Below are positions 50,205-59,684 of a stretch of DNA of 64,000 nt, one piece after another. Origin of the DNA: Candidatus Borrarchaeum weybense (GTDB taxonomy: Archaea; Asgardarchaeota; Sifarchaeia; Borrarchaeales; Borrarchaeaceae); contig JAHQJS010000007.1 in assembly GCA_019057385.1 (NCBI GenBank), forward strand, positions 651,685 to 715,684, in the 5' to 3' direction. Every line of letters begins with the position of its first letter. The stretch's first letter is position 1. The notes below the pieces were generated by a model that saw only the letters and a program-made list of their open reading frames with translations, had not been told where the DNA came from and made no database searches. A program made the translations under genes and the position numbers.

Positions 50205-51200
50205 TTAGCGCATAATTGGCGGAGGGGAATTCTTAATGACTTCTACTATCATACGTAAGTTTTCTTCAGGTGTATCAATAGGGATGACACAACCAGGTGC
50301 AAGTAACAAGTGTGGATTGGAAATCTGCATAACTTCTTGCAGTTGCTTAGCTATAGCGAGCGATGTTCCTTTTCTAATTGTTTCAGTTTCGTCAATTCCA
50401 CCAAAGAGGCCTTTATTGAAGATTTTAAGGGCTTCTCTTATTGTTGGAGATGTATGTTGACTATGCCAGTTAATGGCGTCTATGGGATAATTATCAGCGA
50501 TATAATTGAACAAAGGCTTATTTCCATGAACATGAAACACTATAAAGTCAGCATGGGACCTGAGATCATTCAATAATTTAAGTGTATACTTAGCCTCAAA
50601 ATCCAAGAACTGTTGGTTCTTAAGTTTTCCTTCTACACTATGTAGAGAAGCAATAAAGAGGCCATTTGTACCTGCATCTAGGACTGCATGTCCGAATTCG
50701 GTCATAACCCTTGTTATTACTTTAAGGCCTTCTTCAATCTGGGAAGGAGCTTCATAAACATGATTCACGATATTAGGAGCTAGCTGACTTGCTACCATAA
50801 AGGGGCTGAAAACCGTCATCATTAACGGAACATTTCCACTTAGTATTTTCGATACCATCCGAACACCATCTAATTGCCTGCCAAATTCACCATCCGTCGG
50901 ATCCACTTCTTCGATGATCTCAAAGTCCGAAGCATTCTTGATTGGAGAGTTTAACACTGACGGTGAACCATAGATTGGATGAATCGGTCCTACTTCGCAG
51001 CCCCAGTCAACTATGCAATAACTTCCATGTGGAGTAAGTTTCAATACGTCAGAATCATACGTCTTTTGAAACCTCACATGTGCATCTGCAAAGCCCTGTG
51101 GCGTCCTATCATCGCTAGGAAAATGTTTCCATAACGCATACGCCCAACGATCTAAAGAACCGCCTGAGAAAGTTGTCATTAACCTATCCAATTTATCCAT
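50205..51200 (-). CDS. Uroporphyrinogen decarboxylase family protein
   Basis: TVFSPF, FHVHG, GGID, LAPGCVIP.DTP.EN. Confidence 0.85.
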   Translation of the reverse strand: MDKLDRLMTTFSGGSLDRWAYALWKHFPSDDRTPQGFADAHVRFQKTYDSDVLKLTPHGSYCIVDWGCEVGPIHPIYGSPSVLNSPIKNASDFEIIEEVDPTDGEFGRQLDGVRMVSKILSGNVPLMMTVFSPFMVASQLAPNIVNHVYEAPSQIEEGLKVITRVMTEFGHAVLDAGTNGLFIASLHSVEGKLKNQQFLDFEAKYTLKLLNDLRSHADFIVFHVHGNKPLFNYIADNYPIDAINWHSQHTSPTIREALKIFNKGLFGGIDETETIRKGTSLAIAKQLQEVMQISNPHLLLAPGCVIPIDTPEENLRMIVEVIKNSPPPIMR

Positions 51201-51294
51201 ATCATCACTTTTCTACTGTCTTAATCCAATTCTCACGTTGTCTTCAATAAATATATATTAGTGCTAATATCATATATTAAGCTGGAGGACTTCT

Positions 51295-51807
51295 ATGCCT
51301 ACTAACGCTAAGCAACGAACTCTAAAGGACATAAGTGTACGTTATAATCTTCAACCGGGAGATATGGGTAACGTTGTTTATCTTCACGCTATAATTTATG
51401 CTGAGGAATACGGATTTGATCATACATTTGAAGGATACGTTGCATCAGGTCTTGCTGAATTCGCTCAATCATTCAATTCGAACAAAGATCGACTTTGGGT
51501 TGCAGAAATTAAAGGAAAAATTATTGGTTCAATCGCTGTTTTTGGACGTTCTGAATCAGAAGCACAACTTAGATGGTTTCTTGTCATTCCGAATTTCCGT
51601 GGTCTTGGGCTTGGGAAATTGCTTTTTGAGGAATCTATTTTGTTCTGCAAAAAGTGTGGATTCAAGAATGTTTTTCTGTGGACATTCAGGGGCTTAGACG
51701 CAGCAAATTATTTGTATAAATCTGCTGGTTTCGAAAAAACAGAAGAGATAACCCACGAAATTTGGGGCCAAACACTTACGGAAGAGCGATATGAATTAAG
51801 ATTGTAA
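51295..51807 (+). CDS. GNAT acetyltransferase
   Basis: LRWFLV.P.FRGLGLG, LY...GF. Confidence 0.9.
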   Translation: MPTNAKQRTLKDISVRYNLQPGDMGNVVYLHAIIYAEEYGFDHTFEGYVASGLAEFAQSFNSNKDRLWVAEIKGKIIGSIAVFGRSESEAQLRWFLVIPNFRGLGLGKLLFEESILFCKKCGFKNVFLWTFRGLDAANYLYKSAGFEKTEEITHEIWGQTLTEERYELRL

Positions 51808-51815
51808 TTCAACTT

Positions 51816-52382
51816 CTACAATATAGTCTTTAATTTTTTCCAATCTTCCTCGATAGCGCTTCTTAAGCCTGGATTTCTTAATGCTGCTGCGGGATGATAC
51901 ATGGGAATTAGTTTGGCTTTCAAGAACAAGGTTGATAACGAAAAGGGCTTTGTATGTATGTCTCTCATAAGGGCTTTCGGGAGTTTGAATTTCTCAAAAA
52001 TAAATTTGACCGCAACATTACCGAGCAAAATTATTGTTTTTGGTTTGATTAACTCAATTTGTTTTTCCAAATAAGGTGTACATGCTGCTATTTGATCTTT
52101 GGTAACTTTGTTCTCAGGTAAGTAGGATTTTATGATGTTTGCAATGTAGACCTCTTCTCGTTTTAATCCTGCATAACTAAGTAGTTTGTTAAGTAGTTTT
52201 CCTGCAGCACCCACGAAGGGACGTCCTTGTTGATCTTCATTATACCCAGGTCCTAGTCCTATTAACATGATTTTTGCATCTTCAGGTCCTTCCCCAAACA
52301 CCGCGTTTTTTCTTCCTTTCCATAATTCACATTTTTTACAGTTTTCTACTTGCTCTTGTAATTCTAATAATTCATTTTTCAT
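51816..52382 (-). CDS. Uracil-DNA glycosylase family-4-like protein (divergent motifs)
   Basis: CKKC, VFGEG, GRPFVGAAG, YHPAAALR; GLGPG instead of GEAPG. Confidence 0.85.
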   Translation of the reverse strand: MKNELLELQEQVENCKKCELWKGRKNAVFGEGPEDAKIMLIGLGPGYNEDQQGRPFVGAAGKLLNKLLSYAGLKREEVYIANIIKSYLPENKVTKDQIAACTPYLEKQIELIKPKTIILLGNVAVKFIFEKFKLPKALMRDIHTKPFSLSTLFLKAKLIPMYHPAAALRNPGLRSAIEEDWKKLKTIL

Positions 52383-52453
52383 TTAGATCGCCACAATCTC
52401 CTAAACAAATACATTAGCGAATGTAAAGAATTTTTCTATGATTAAAAATCCAT

Positions 52454-52996
52454 TTAAGGTAGAACGAATTCCCATTTGCACCATAGATCCGATGGATGCT
52501 CATCTGGAGGACATACTAAGCAGTTAACTTCAACACTTGAATTCAATGTTTTTGCAAAATTTTTCAAATAGCCAAATCGAACTTGTTTACATGGAAATTC
52601 TTCTAAATCCTTGTTCAAGCGTGCTTCTTGTGTCCTACATCTTTCAACACGCAGGATTGCACGCTGATCATTTACCTCAATAACTTTAAAGGGTTGATCT
52701 AAAGCCCAGCTTGACTTTTTCAAACAATTCATAATTGTTGGGACATCAGCATTTTCATTTACTTTAAACATTCTTCTTAAGCTTTTGGCTTCGATTTTAG
52801 CCATAATTTGCCAAACCTGACTGTCTATTTCGGTCGCAGCTTGCGTACCAAATTTTTCCTCTATTCCTAGGAAATATAAGCCATCAACACGCCATAAATT
52901 TCTTACTTGAAGAAATAAGAAATCAAGCAATTCTTCAATAGGCATTTCAGCCAATTTTTCACGATCTTTAGTACTTCCAGGGGGATAATCATTCAT
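52454..52996 (-). CDS. DUF6125-like protein
   Basis: W.VDGLYF..IEE.FG, CRTQ.AR, CK.V, CPPD.HP..LWC.WEF. Confidence 0.75.
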   Translation of the reverse strand: MNDYPPGSTKDREKLAEMPIEELLDFLFLQVRNLWRVDGLYFLGIEEKFGTQAATEIDSQVWQIMAKIEAKSLRRMFKVNENADVPTIMNCLKKSSWALDQPFKVIEVNDQRAILRVERCRTQEARLNKDLEEFPCKQVRFGYLKNFAKTLNSSVEVNCLVCPPDEHPSDLWCKWEFVLP

Positions 52997-53059
52997 TTAA
53001 GACACCACTAATTATTCTTAGTTATCCAACAAATGTTTTAAAATTTATCATTTCTTTAC

Positions 53060-53117
53060 TGATAACTAAGCAAGAAAGCACCAATGCGTTAGCGTGGTGA
53101 TGAATTGCATATATCAC
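53060..53117 (+). mobile_element. IS200/IS605 end-only remnant, family B
   Basis: TTTAC|...CAAGAAAGCACCAATGCGTTAGCGTGGTGATGAAT...TCAC; matches reverse of 46901-46935. Confidence 0.6.
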
Positions 53118-53156
53118 TGTTTCAATAGATAGATATTTAATTGTTCATAACATTTT

Positions 53157-53390
53157 TTGGCAGAATCCGTAAGTCTTAAATATAAACCCTATACTATAGA
53201 GATATATTGGGCTCGTGACAATCCAGTACATGAAGTAGTCATCATGGGACTTAGCCATGAAGCGACTAGTTATCTAGCGTTGAATTTGCTTCGGTACCGG
53301 ATTCGAATGTATTCCCGAGATAAGTATTACATATTGGTGAAGGATAAAAGAAGAATTTCTGTCGTGCACGATAAACAGTTCAGTTTTTAA
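53157..53390 (+). CDS. Hypothetical small protein
   Basis: 77 aa ORF, probably leaderless. Confidence 0.4.
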   Translation: MAESVSLKYKPYTIEIYWARDNPVHEVVIMGLSHEATSYLALNLLRYRIRMYSRDKYYILVKDKRRISVVHDKQFSF

Positions 53391-53510
53391 GAAATGTCGG
53401 GATTGCATAAGCCCCCAGTTCTTTTTATTTAATTCTAAGAATAATGCTTTAAACAGGAATTCGTTTTTTTATCATGCAGAAACTATAATTGCTATTAACT
53501 AACAGATTAA

Positions 53511-53942
53511 GTGGTCGGGTGCAAGACAATGATGAATCAGATAGATGCCTTCTTAAATAAGAACAATGTTTTTGCTGTTGTTGGAGTCTCAAGAAACCCT
53601 AGCAAATTTGGTTACATTATCTATCAAGATTTAAAACGAAAGGGTTACAAAGTGCTCCCTATTAACCCAAATGCCAAAATAATTAATGGCGATAAGGCTT
53701 ATGCTTCTCTTTCAGAATTACCTATTCAACCAGATGTTGTTGATATAGTAGTTCCACCAAATGTGGCTTTTTATGTTGTAAAAGAATGCAATGCACTTGG
53801 AATTCAAAAAGTATGGTTGCAACCCGGAGCCGAGTCAGATGAAGTGGTTGATTTTTGCTATGACCATGATATTGAAGTTATATACGGGATGTGTGTTTTG
53901 GTCGAATCAAGTAATGTGGGAACGGCTATGAGGCACAAATAA
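53511..53942 (+). CDS. CoA-binding protein (YccU-like)
   Basis: AVVGVS.NPSKFG, PINP, VWLQPG, CVLV. Confidence 0.9.
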   Translation: MVGCKTMMNQIDAFLNKNNVFAVVGVSRNPSKFGYIIYQDLKRKGYKVLPINPNAKIINGDKAYASLSELPIQPDVVDIVVPPNVAFYVVKECNALGIQKVWLQPGAESDEVVDFCYDHDIEVIYGMCVLVESSNVGTAMRHK

Positions 53943-53977
53943 TGAAGTCCAATAAGCAGCAATACACTTTTGTGATT

Positions 53978-54300
53978 CTAATTTTCAAGGAAACAATGCG
54001 AGATTAAAAGTTCTTCTAAAGCGTCTAGTTCATAATGGCCACACGCTTTCAATTCTTGAAAAATTAACGTCGGAGTTGCTACAATATCATATTTTTCCGC
54101 AACCTCTGGGTATAAAGTAACATCTATTTTAGTGACTTTGATAGGTAATCCTTTATTTGCAATAATTGCTGAAAGGAATGTTTCAACTTTAACTCCATGT
54201 GAAGAATATGGGGATGTAAAAAACAGTAGATCTGACTTTGAGTCTTGTTCATTATTATCCTTTCTGGGATCCTGAAATGCACTTATCTTAACAAACGCCC
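53978..54300 (-). CDS. Thioredoxin-fold / KaiB-like protein lacking CxxC; start uncertain
   Basis: FFTSPYSSHG, IDVTLYPEVAEKYDIVATPTLI. Confidence 0.6.
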
Positions 54301-54535
54301 CACTTTTTCTGATATGCTCCAAATAATAACCTGCAATTTGATTATAAAAGTGATTCGGGTGCGCGCAACTGCATAGAGTAATCAAATATTCAAATTGAAA
54401 ATTCAGGAAACAAATAAGGGAAACAAGAAACAGCCACAAAACAAAGGACTAACCTTTTTTCAGAAAGACAAGAGAGAATTTCATTTTAGGTAGAATGCAA
54501 CTGTACAAAGCTTTATTTAATAAATCCAAGCATGC

Positions 54536-56494
54536 TTGCGTATGAAGTTATTTTTTAATACCTGTCCACGAGATTGTTATGATACTTGTAGTATTGTGAC
54601 CGCTGTGGATGAAGGCAAACTAATCGAAGTAAAAGCAAACTCTAATCATCCTATCACACAAGGTTATTTGTGTCCAAAAGGTCAGAACTTGATTAAGTAT
54701 GTCTATCATAAAGATCGCGTGCTTTATCCACTTAGGAGGACTGGTTCAAAAGGTGAGGGTAAATTCAAGAAAATCTCTTGGGATGATGCCCTCAATGAGA
54801 TTGCATCCAGACTGACTAAAGTGATCAACGAAAACGGATCGAAAACTGTGTTACACTACGATTATGGCGGTCATAGCGGATTAATAAGTTTAAATTTTCC
54901 AAAAAGGTTTTTCAATGCTATTGGGAGCGCAGAAACGACATACTCGATCTGTGATACTGCAGGAGAACTTGCTGTAGAATTACACTATGGTAAGAGATAT
55001 GGCAGAAAACCCGAAGAGATGCTTAAGTCAAAGTTAATCGTCTATTGGGGATTTAATGCCGCCGTAAGTAACCTTCATAATTTTGGTTTGGCAAAACAAG
55101 CTAAAGAAAAAGGAACTAAAATATATGTGATTGACCCTATCGCAAATGAAACAACAAGGCTTGGTACACATCTTAGGATACGTCCAGCAACTGATGTAAT
55201 TTTTGCCTTTGGTATCGCAAAATATCTTATCGATAATGAGCTAATTGATTCCGATTTTATAAACGAGCATACACACGGTTTTGAAGATTTTAAAGGATAT
55301 TTATCAAAATATACCACCGAATACGTCTCTAAACATACTGGAATCTCTACTCAAGACATAAAGTCTTTTGCAGTAGATTATGCTGCTCTAAAACCTAACT
55401 TTATAAATATCGGTTATGGATTGCAAAAACAAATTAACGGCGGCGAGATTGTTCGTGCTATATGCCTTCTACCTGCATTAATTGGAGTTCCTCGTGGTTT
55501 TTACTATTGTAATAGCGAAAGAGATTTTGATAAAGCATATTTGAAGGCTACACACTTGAGACCTAATAATCCAGTAAAATATGTGAGTTCACAGCTTGGT
55601 AGAGATTTGATATCAAAAGAAATCAATTTTCTTTTTGTTTACAACGCGAATCCGGCAGCTACATCCCCCAACCAAACTCTTGTCAAAAAAGGGCTTCTAC
55701 ATGAAGATTTGTTTGTTGTAGTACATGATTTGTTTTTAACAGATACCACACTGTATGCGGATATAGTTTTACCCGCGGCTTCATTCTTTGAAACGATGGA
55801 TATTAACATCTCTTATTGGCATTACTATCTCTCATTAAATCAAAAAGCAATTGAACCGATAGATGAGGCAAAAAGCAATTCTGAAGTATTCCGGCTTCTT
55901 GCAAAAAAGATGGGGCTCTCACAGCCGGAACTTTTTGAACCTGATGAAGACGTAATCAAAAAGTTAATTTCAACTTCTAAAACAATTGAAGGACGATATG
56001 AGGATTTACTGCAAAAAGGCTTCTTGCGAATGAAACAACTGCCCTTAATGGAATTCCAAACGAAATCTGGAAAAATAGAATTTAGTTCATCAAGAGCACA
56101 GGAACTTGGACTCTCAAGTTTCCCAATAGTACTGGATGAACACCCCCAATTTCCTCTACGGCTTATTTCTTCTGCACATCCCTTGATCCTACATTCTCAG
56201 TATTTTAACATTCAATCAATAAAACCATATATTCTTGTAAATCCAACTGACGCAATAAAGAGAATGATAAAAAACAAGGATGCTACTCGAATCTTTAATG
56301 AAAGAGGATCATTAGTTTTGCCAGTAAAAATCAGTGAAAACGTACCAGAAGGGGTGATTTGGACTTTTAGATCTCCATGGGTGTCATTATCACATGATAA
56401 AAAAAATGTAAATGTTCTTACTAATGATGATTTTCAAAGGTCAAGCTATGGGTCTACTTTCAATTCCACTTTCGTAGAACTTGAAAAAACATAG
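54536..56494 (+). CDS. Molybdopterin oxidoreductase (DMSO reductase family)
   Basis: TCPRDCYDTC...LCPKG 4Fe-4S motif, ISWDDAL, DIVLPA. Confidence 0.92.
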   Translation: MRMKLFFNTCPRDCYDTCSIVTAVDEGKLIEVKANSNHPITQGYLCPKGQNLIKYVYHKDRVLYPLRRTGSKGEGKFKKISWDDALNEIASRLTKVINENGSKTVLHYDYGGHSGLISLNFPKRFFNAIGSAETTYSICDTAGELAVELHYGKRYGRKPEEMLKSKLIVYWGFNAAVSNLHNFGLAKQAKEKGTKIYVIDPIANETTRLGTHLRIRPATDVIFAFGIAKYLIDNELIDSDFINEHTHGFEDFKGYLSKYTTEYVSKHTGISTQDIKSFAVDYAALKPNFINIGYGLQKQINGGEIVRAICLLPALIGVPRGFYYCNSERDFDKAYLKATHLRPNNPVKYVSSQLGRDLISKEINFLFVYNANPAATSPNQTLVKKGLLHEDLFVVVHDLFLTDTTLYADIVLPAASFFETMDINISYWHYYLSLNQKAIEPIDEAKSNSEVFRLLAKKMGLSQPELFEPDEDVIKKLISTSKTIEGRYEDLLQKGFLRMKQLPLMEFQTKSGKIEFSSSRAQELGLSSFPIVLDEHPQFPLRLISSAHPLILHSQYFNIQSIKPYILVNPTDAIKRMIKNKDATRIFNERGSLVLPVKISENVPEGVIWTFRSPWVSLSHDKKNVNVLTNDDFQRSSYGSTFNSTFVELEKT

Positions 56495-56515
56495 TTATCC
56501 TTAGTTTTCATTTAA

Positions 56516-56562
56516 CTTTGTCGGCGGGAAGTCTCCTTCCGAGAGGGAGGGGAGGATGTCAC
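56516..56562 (+). mobile_element. Minimal IS200/IS605 end-only element, family C
   Basis: TTTAA|CTTTGTCGGCGGGAAGTCTCCTTCCGAGAGGGAGGGGAGGATGTCAC. Confidence 0.65.
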
Positions 56563-56659
56563 ATAGATGGTTTCAAATATTTTATCTAATCTTTAGAGTG
56601 ATACCTTATATTGGTTAAAGTGCATTTAATTCTAATAACAACAATGGAGTTAGTAAAAA

Positions 56660-56767
56660 ATGAGTGTTAAAGTTAAAGTCCTTATTATCCTTATCATAAT
56701 TGCCATCGCCATCGCGTTTGGCTACTATATGGTGTTGAGGCTTAGTCAACCACATCAATTATTGTGA
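56660..56767 (+). CDS. Unannotated 35-aa single-pass membrane protein
   Basis: MSVKVKVLIILIIIAIAIAFGYYMVLRLSQPHQLL; GGAG SD and upstream CTTATAT TATA-like box. Confidence 0.45.
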   Translation: MSVKVKVLIILIIIAIAIAFGYYMVLRLSQPHQLL

Positions 56768-56790
56768 ATTTGAATTTTTTTTTAACTTAA

Positions 56791-57990
56791 TCATTCAATA
56801 TCTATGTTGAACTGCTCAAATAATTCACCAAAATCTATTCCAGCAACCTTTTTCGTTTTATACTGATTATAAAGAGCATTATGAGCATTAATGAGAATTT
56901 CTGAAGTTATCCCATGCGAAATTGAAAAGTACGTTTCAACATAAGCTGCAAGATCATCGCATATCTTGATTATTTTGCCATCTACTGGAGAATAAGAATC
57001 GCTATTAAACGACTCATTGATCTTTTCCGAACTAACAAGTTTTATTTCATTATTTTCAGTTTTGATCTTGCTTTCAAATTCATCTTCTATGAAATATCTG
57101 AAATCTTTGTGCCAAGCAGAGGGAAGAAGTGGTAGAAGTTTTTCTTCGAGTTGTTCTTTCTCAATCTCTTCAATTATAGCTCTGAGACCCTCAACAGATT
57201 TTTTCACAGGAGAAACAATATCTCTGGTCAAAACTTCGGGAAGATCATGGAAAAGACCTGTAAAATAATTATTAACAATCCTTTTTGAGCAAGCGTTTAA
57301 TTCTATTGAAAACAGGTTTGAGAGCATAGCAACTACTAGCATGTGTCCCATAACCGATGTCTCTGGGAGTCTTGGTGTTTGAGCCCATCGTTGCTGAAAC
57401 CTCAGTTGCCCAACATAATCTATAAACGCGTTTATTTTACCCGATACTAATCTTTGTACACCAATGAGGTCGATGTGTTCTTTAAGCTCGTTTTCGATCG
57501 CTGCTTTGGTACTTTCAAGTCCATACATATCCTTGTTTAAATTATATATAATCCGAAATTCCCAATTAGTTGCCAGATAATGGGCAGCTCTTAATATTTT
57601 CTTCTCCAAGGGGGAAATTGGTAAGAATAAATATTCTCTAAACTCCTTAAAGAATTTCTCTTGAATATCTATCTTATTTTTGAGTTGGTCTAAAACCCAT
57701 TCGTTGAGTTCTTTTCCTTTACGACGCATAAGTTTGTGAAAAATAGGAGGTTTGATATCAGTAAGAATGATTCGATGCAGGAATTCAAAAAGTCCACCTT
57801 CAATTAAGCCTTTCCAATTTATTTCCACCTTTCTTTCAGTTTCCTCAAATTTTGCCAGTACATACGCTATGATCATTTTATGTGCTTGTTTATCAAGTTC
57901 TGTAAAACCGACTCTTGGTCTAATATGATCATTCCATCGCTGGATGTGTGCTGCCTGATAGAAAAGCTCGATTATTGCTTTACTTAGCAT
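56791..57990 (-). CDS. Duplicated HD-domain phosphohydrolase (YfbR-like)
   Basis: IQRWNDH...QAHK and QQRWAQ...VMGH...HDLPE. Confidence 0.85.
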   Translation of the reverse strand: MLSKAIIELFYQAAHIQRWNDHIRPRVGFTELDKQAHKMIIAYVLAKFEETERKVEINWKGLIEGGLFEFLHRIILTDIKPPIFHKLMRRKGKELNEWVLDQLKNKIDIQEKFFKEFREYLFLPISPLEKKILRAAHYLATNWEFRIIYNLNKDMYGLESTKAAIENELKEHIDLIGVQRLVSGKINAFIDYVGQLRFQQRWAQTPRLPETSVMGHMLVVAMLSNLFSIELNACSKRIVNNYFTGLFHDLPEVLTRDIVSPVKKSVEGLRAIIEEIEKEQLEEKLLPLLPSAWHKDFRYFIEDEFESKIKTENNEIKLVSSEKINESFNSDSYSPVDGKIIKICDDLAAYVETYFSISHGITSEILINAHNALYNQYKTKKVAGIDFGELFEQFNIDIE

Positions 57991-58053
57991 ACTAAACTTC
58001 CTCTCATTGTAGGTCCAATATATGTAGAATACCCATAATCATCTGCTGGCAGA

Positions 58054-59508
58054 TCATACATAAGCAAGCAAGTATTTATGTAACTTAACCATCGCTAGTG
58101 TATCTTGTTCGCAATAGGCTAAAAGGTTTCTTCTTACTTTTTCAATATCCTTATCTTCATATTTTTCAAGCGCTAAAAAGGCAAAAGATAACATTGCTGT
58201 ATCGCCGTCTGCAATTTCTAGTGAATCATATGACATGCCAGGCACTAAGGCAGGTAGTACGGTCTTCACTGATGTGCTACCATGAAAATTTGGATGATAA
58301 AAATTCTTTTTTATCATGTGCTCAAGATTTACCAAACGATCAATTAATGAATTCAAATCTTTCGATAGGTCAGGATATACTTCTACAAGATTAGTAATGA
58401 TGGTCTTTTCAAAATTGGAATACACGACGATACTGCCCTTTCCCCTTAGATCTTTGATTAAATGCTCAGCAAATTCCTTTCTAAAATCCCTATGATGATC
58501 TGCTAAGTATTCGAAGTGATCAATAATTTGACCTGGCTCAGAACATTTGTGTATAGAATATTGTGTAGGACTTTGTGTATAAGGAGCAATCTTGGGAAAT
58601 AATGGGACTGGCGTCAAGAACGTCTCGAAATCCAGATAAAAGGTAGGCCATAATATGGATTCTAATTTTACTTTGAGTTGATTGCCAACGATTGGTTGCT
58701 TTAATTGTACACTCTTTTTCACTTTAGCTTGAATTTCAGTCAAAGGAAATCCATTAGGGATATCTTCAATGCGAAAAATGCCCAATTCTTTAAGTTTATC
58801 AAATTTGGATCGACTTAATCGTTGAAGATCGAATATATGATTTTCAATGTCTTTCCCTAAACAATCCTTGAAAATTTCACATTTGCGGCAGTCTAATTCA
58901 AGTTTAGGAGGAGGTTTTGTTTTATTTCTTGTTATTTCTTCGATCTGATGACTCTTAGTTTTAAATTCTTCAACTCGATCCCTAACCTCGTCTGTGTGAT
59001 CGATTTCCAAAAAAAGTTTGTCATTTTCCATTCCTAATCGGAAATCCTTAGAGATCAATATTAATGAGGATTGAGAGATATTGATCTCTGAATACTCAAT
59101 GACCATAGTTGTATAGGCCATATCATCAATAAAGTCCTTCTTATCATTCACACTGGATTTTACTTCAAACAAATGCCAACCTTCGTCATTTCGCTTTAAT
59201 ATATCTGCTCTAGCTACCAATCTGTCAATGAGGAAAGTTGCTTCAAAGAGTATTGAAGTACTGGGACCATCCATCAAACTCTTTGTTTTCTGTGAAGCAG
59301 ATTCCATATTCTCGTCATCAATTAATATTCCCTCTGGATAAAGCTCCCTTGCCCTCCTTCCAATCCCCATCTCTTCTTCCATTATTTTGCTGAATGTTTG
59401 TTTCAAAGAGATTTGTTCTGTCCTCATCAACCAGCCTAACGTAGGACATACTAGAGTATTCAAGAAGATTTCTTTTGTAACATTTTGCAAGCTGTTTCCC
59501 TCAGTCAT
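58054..59508 (-). CDS. DUF2779 protein (PD-(D/E)xK-like N-terminus, RNase H-like C-terminus)
   Basis: ARADIL...EVKSS; YLDFET, FEK, S.K.VLP, YCEQDT. Confidence 0.85.
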   Translation of the reverse strand: MTEGNSLQNVTKEIFLNTLVCPTLGWLMRTEQISLKQTFSKIMEEEMGIGRRARELYPEGILIDDENMESASQKTKSLMDGPSTSILFEATFLIDRLVARADILKRNDEGWHLFEVKSSVNDKKDFIDDMAYTTMVIEYSEINISQSSLILISKDFRLGMENDKLFLEIDHTDEVRDRVEEFKTKSHQIEEITRNKTKPPPKLELDCRKCEIFKDCLGKDIENHIFDLQRLSRSKFDKLKELGIFRIEDIPNGFPLTEIQAKVKKSVQLKQPIVGNQLKVKLESILWPTFYLDFETFLTPVPLFPKIAPYTQSPTQYSIHKCSEPGQIIDHFEYLADHHRDFRKEFAEHLIKDLRGKGSIVVYSNFEKTIITNLVEVYPDLSKDLNSLIDRLVNLEHMIKKNFYHPNFHGSTSVKTVLPALVPGMSYDSLEIADGDTAMLSFAFLALEKYEDKDIEKVRRNLLAYCEQDTLAMVKLHKYLLAYV

Positions 59509-59684
59509 ACTAAGATACCCTGGCTTTAAACAAGTTTTTATGAAATTCTAGCAAACTCTCTTATATTAATTTCAAAATCAAGTGAAGTTCAGAATTACAA
59601 AATTAAAAGAATTATTTCATTAAGAAGCGAACGCTTTTATTTCAAAAGGTTATCAAAAGCTTAATTCAAGGAGGTAAGAACTGC

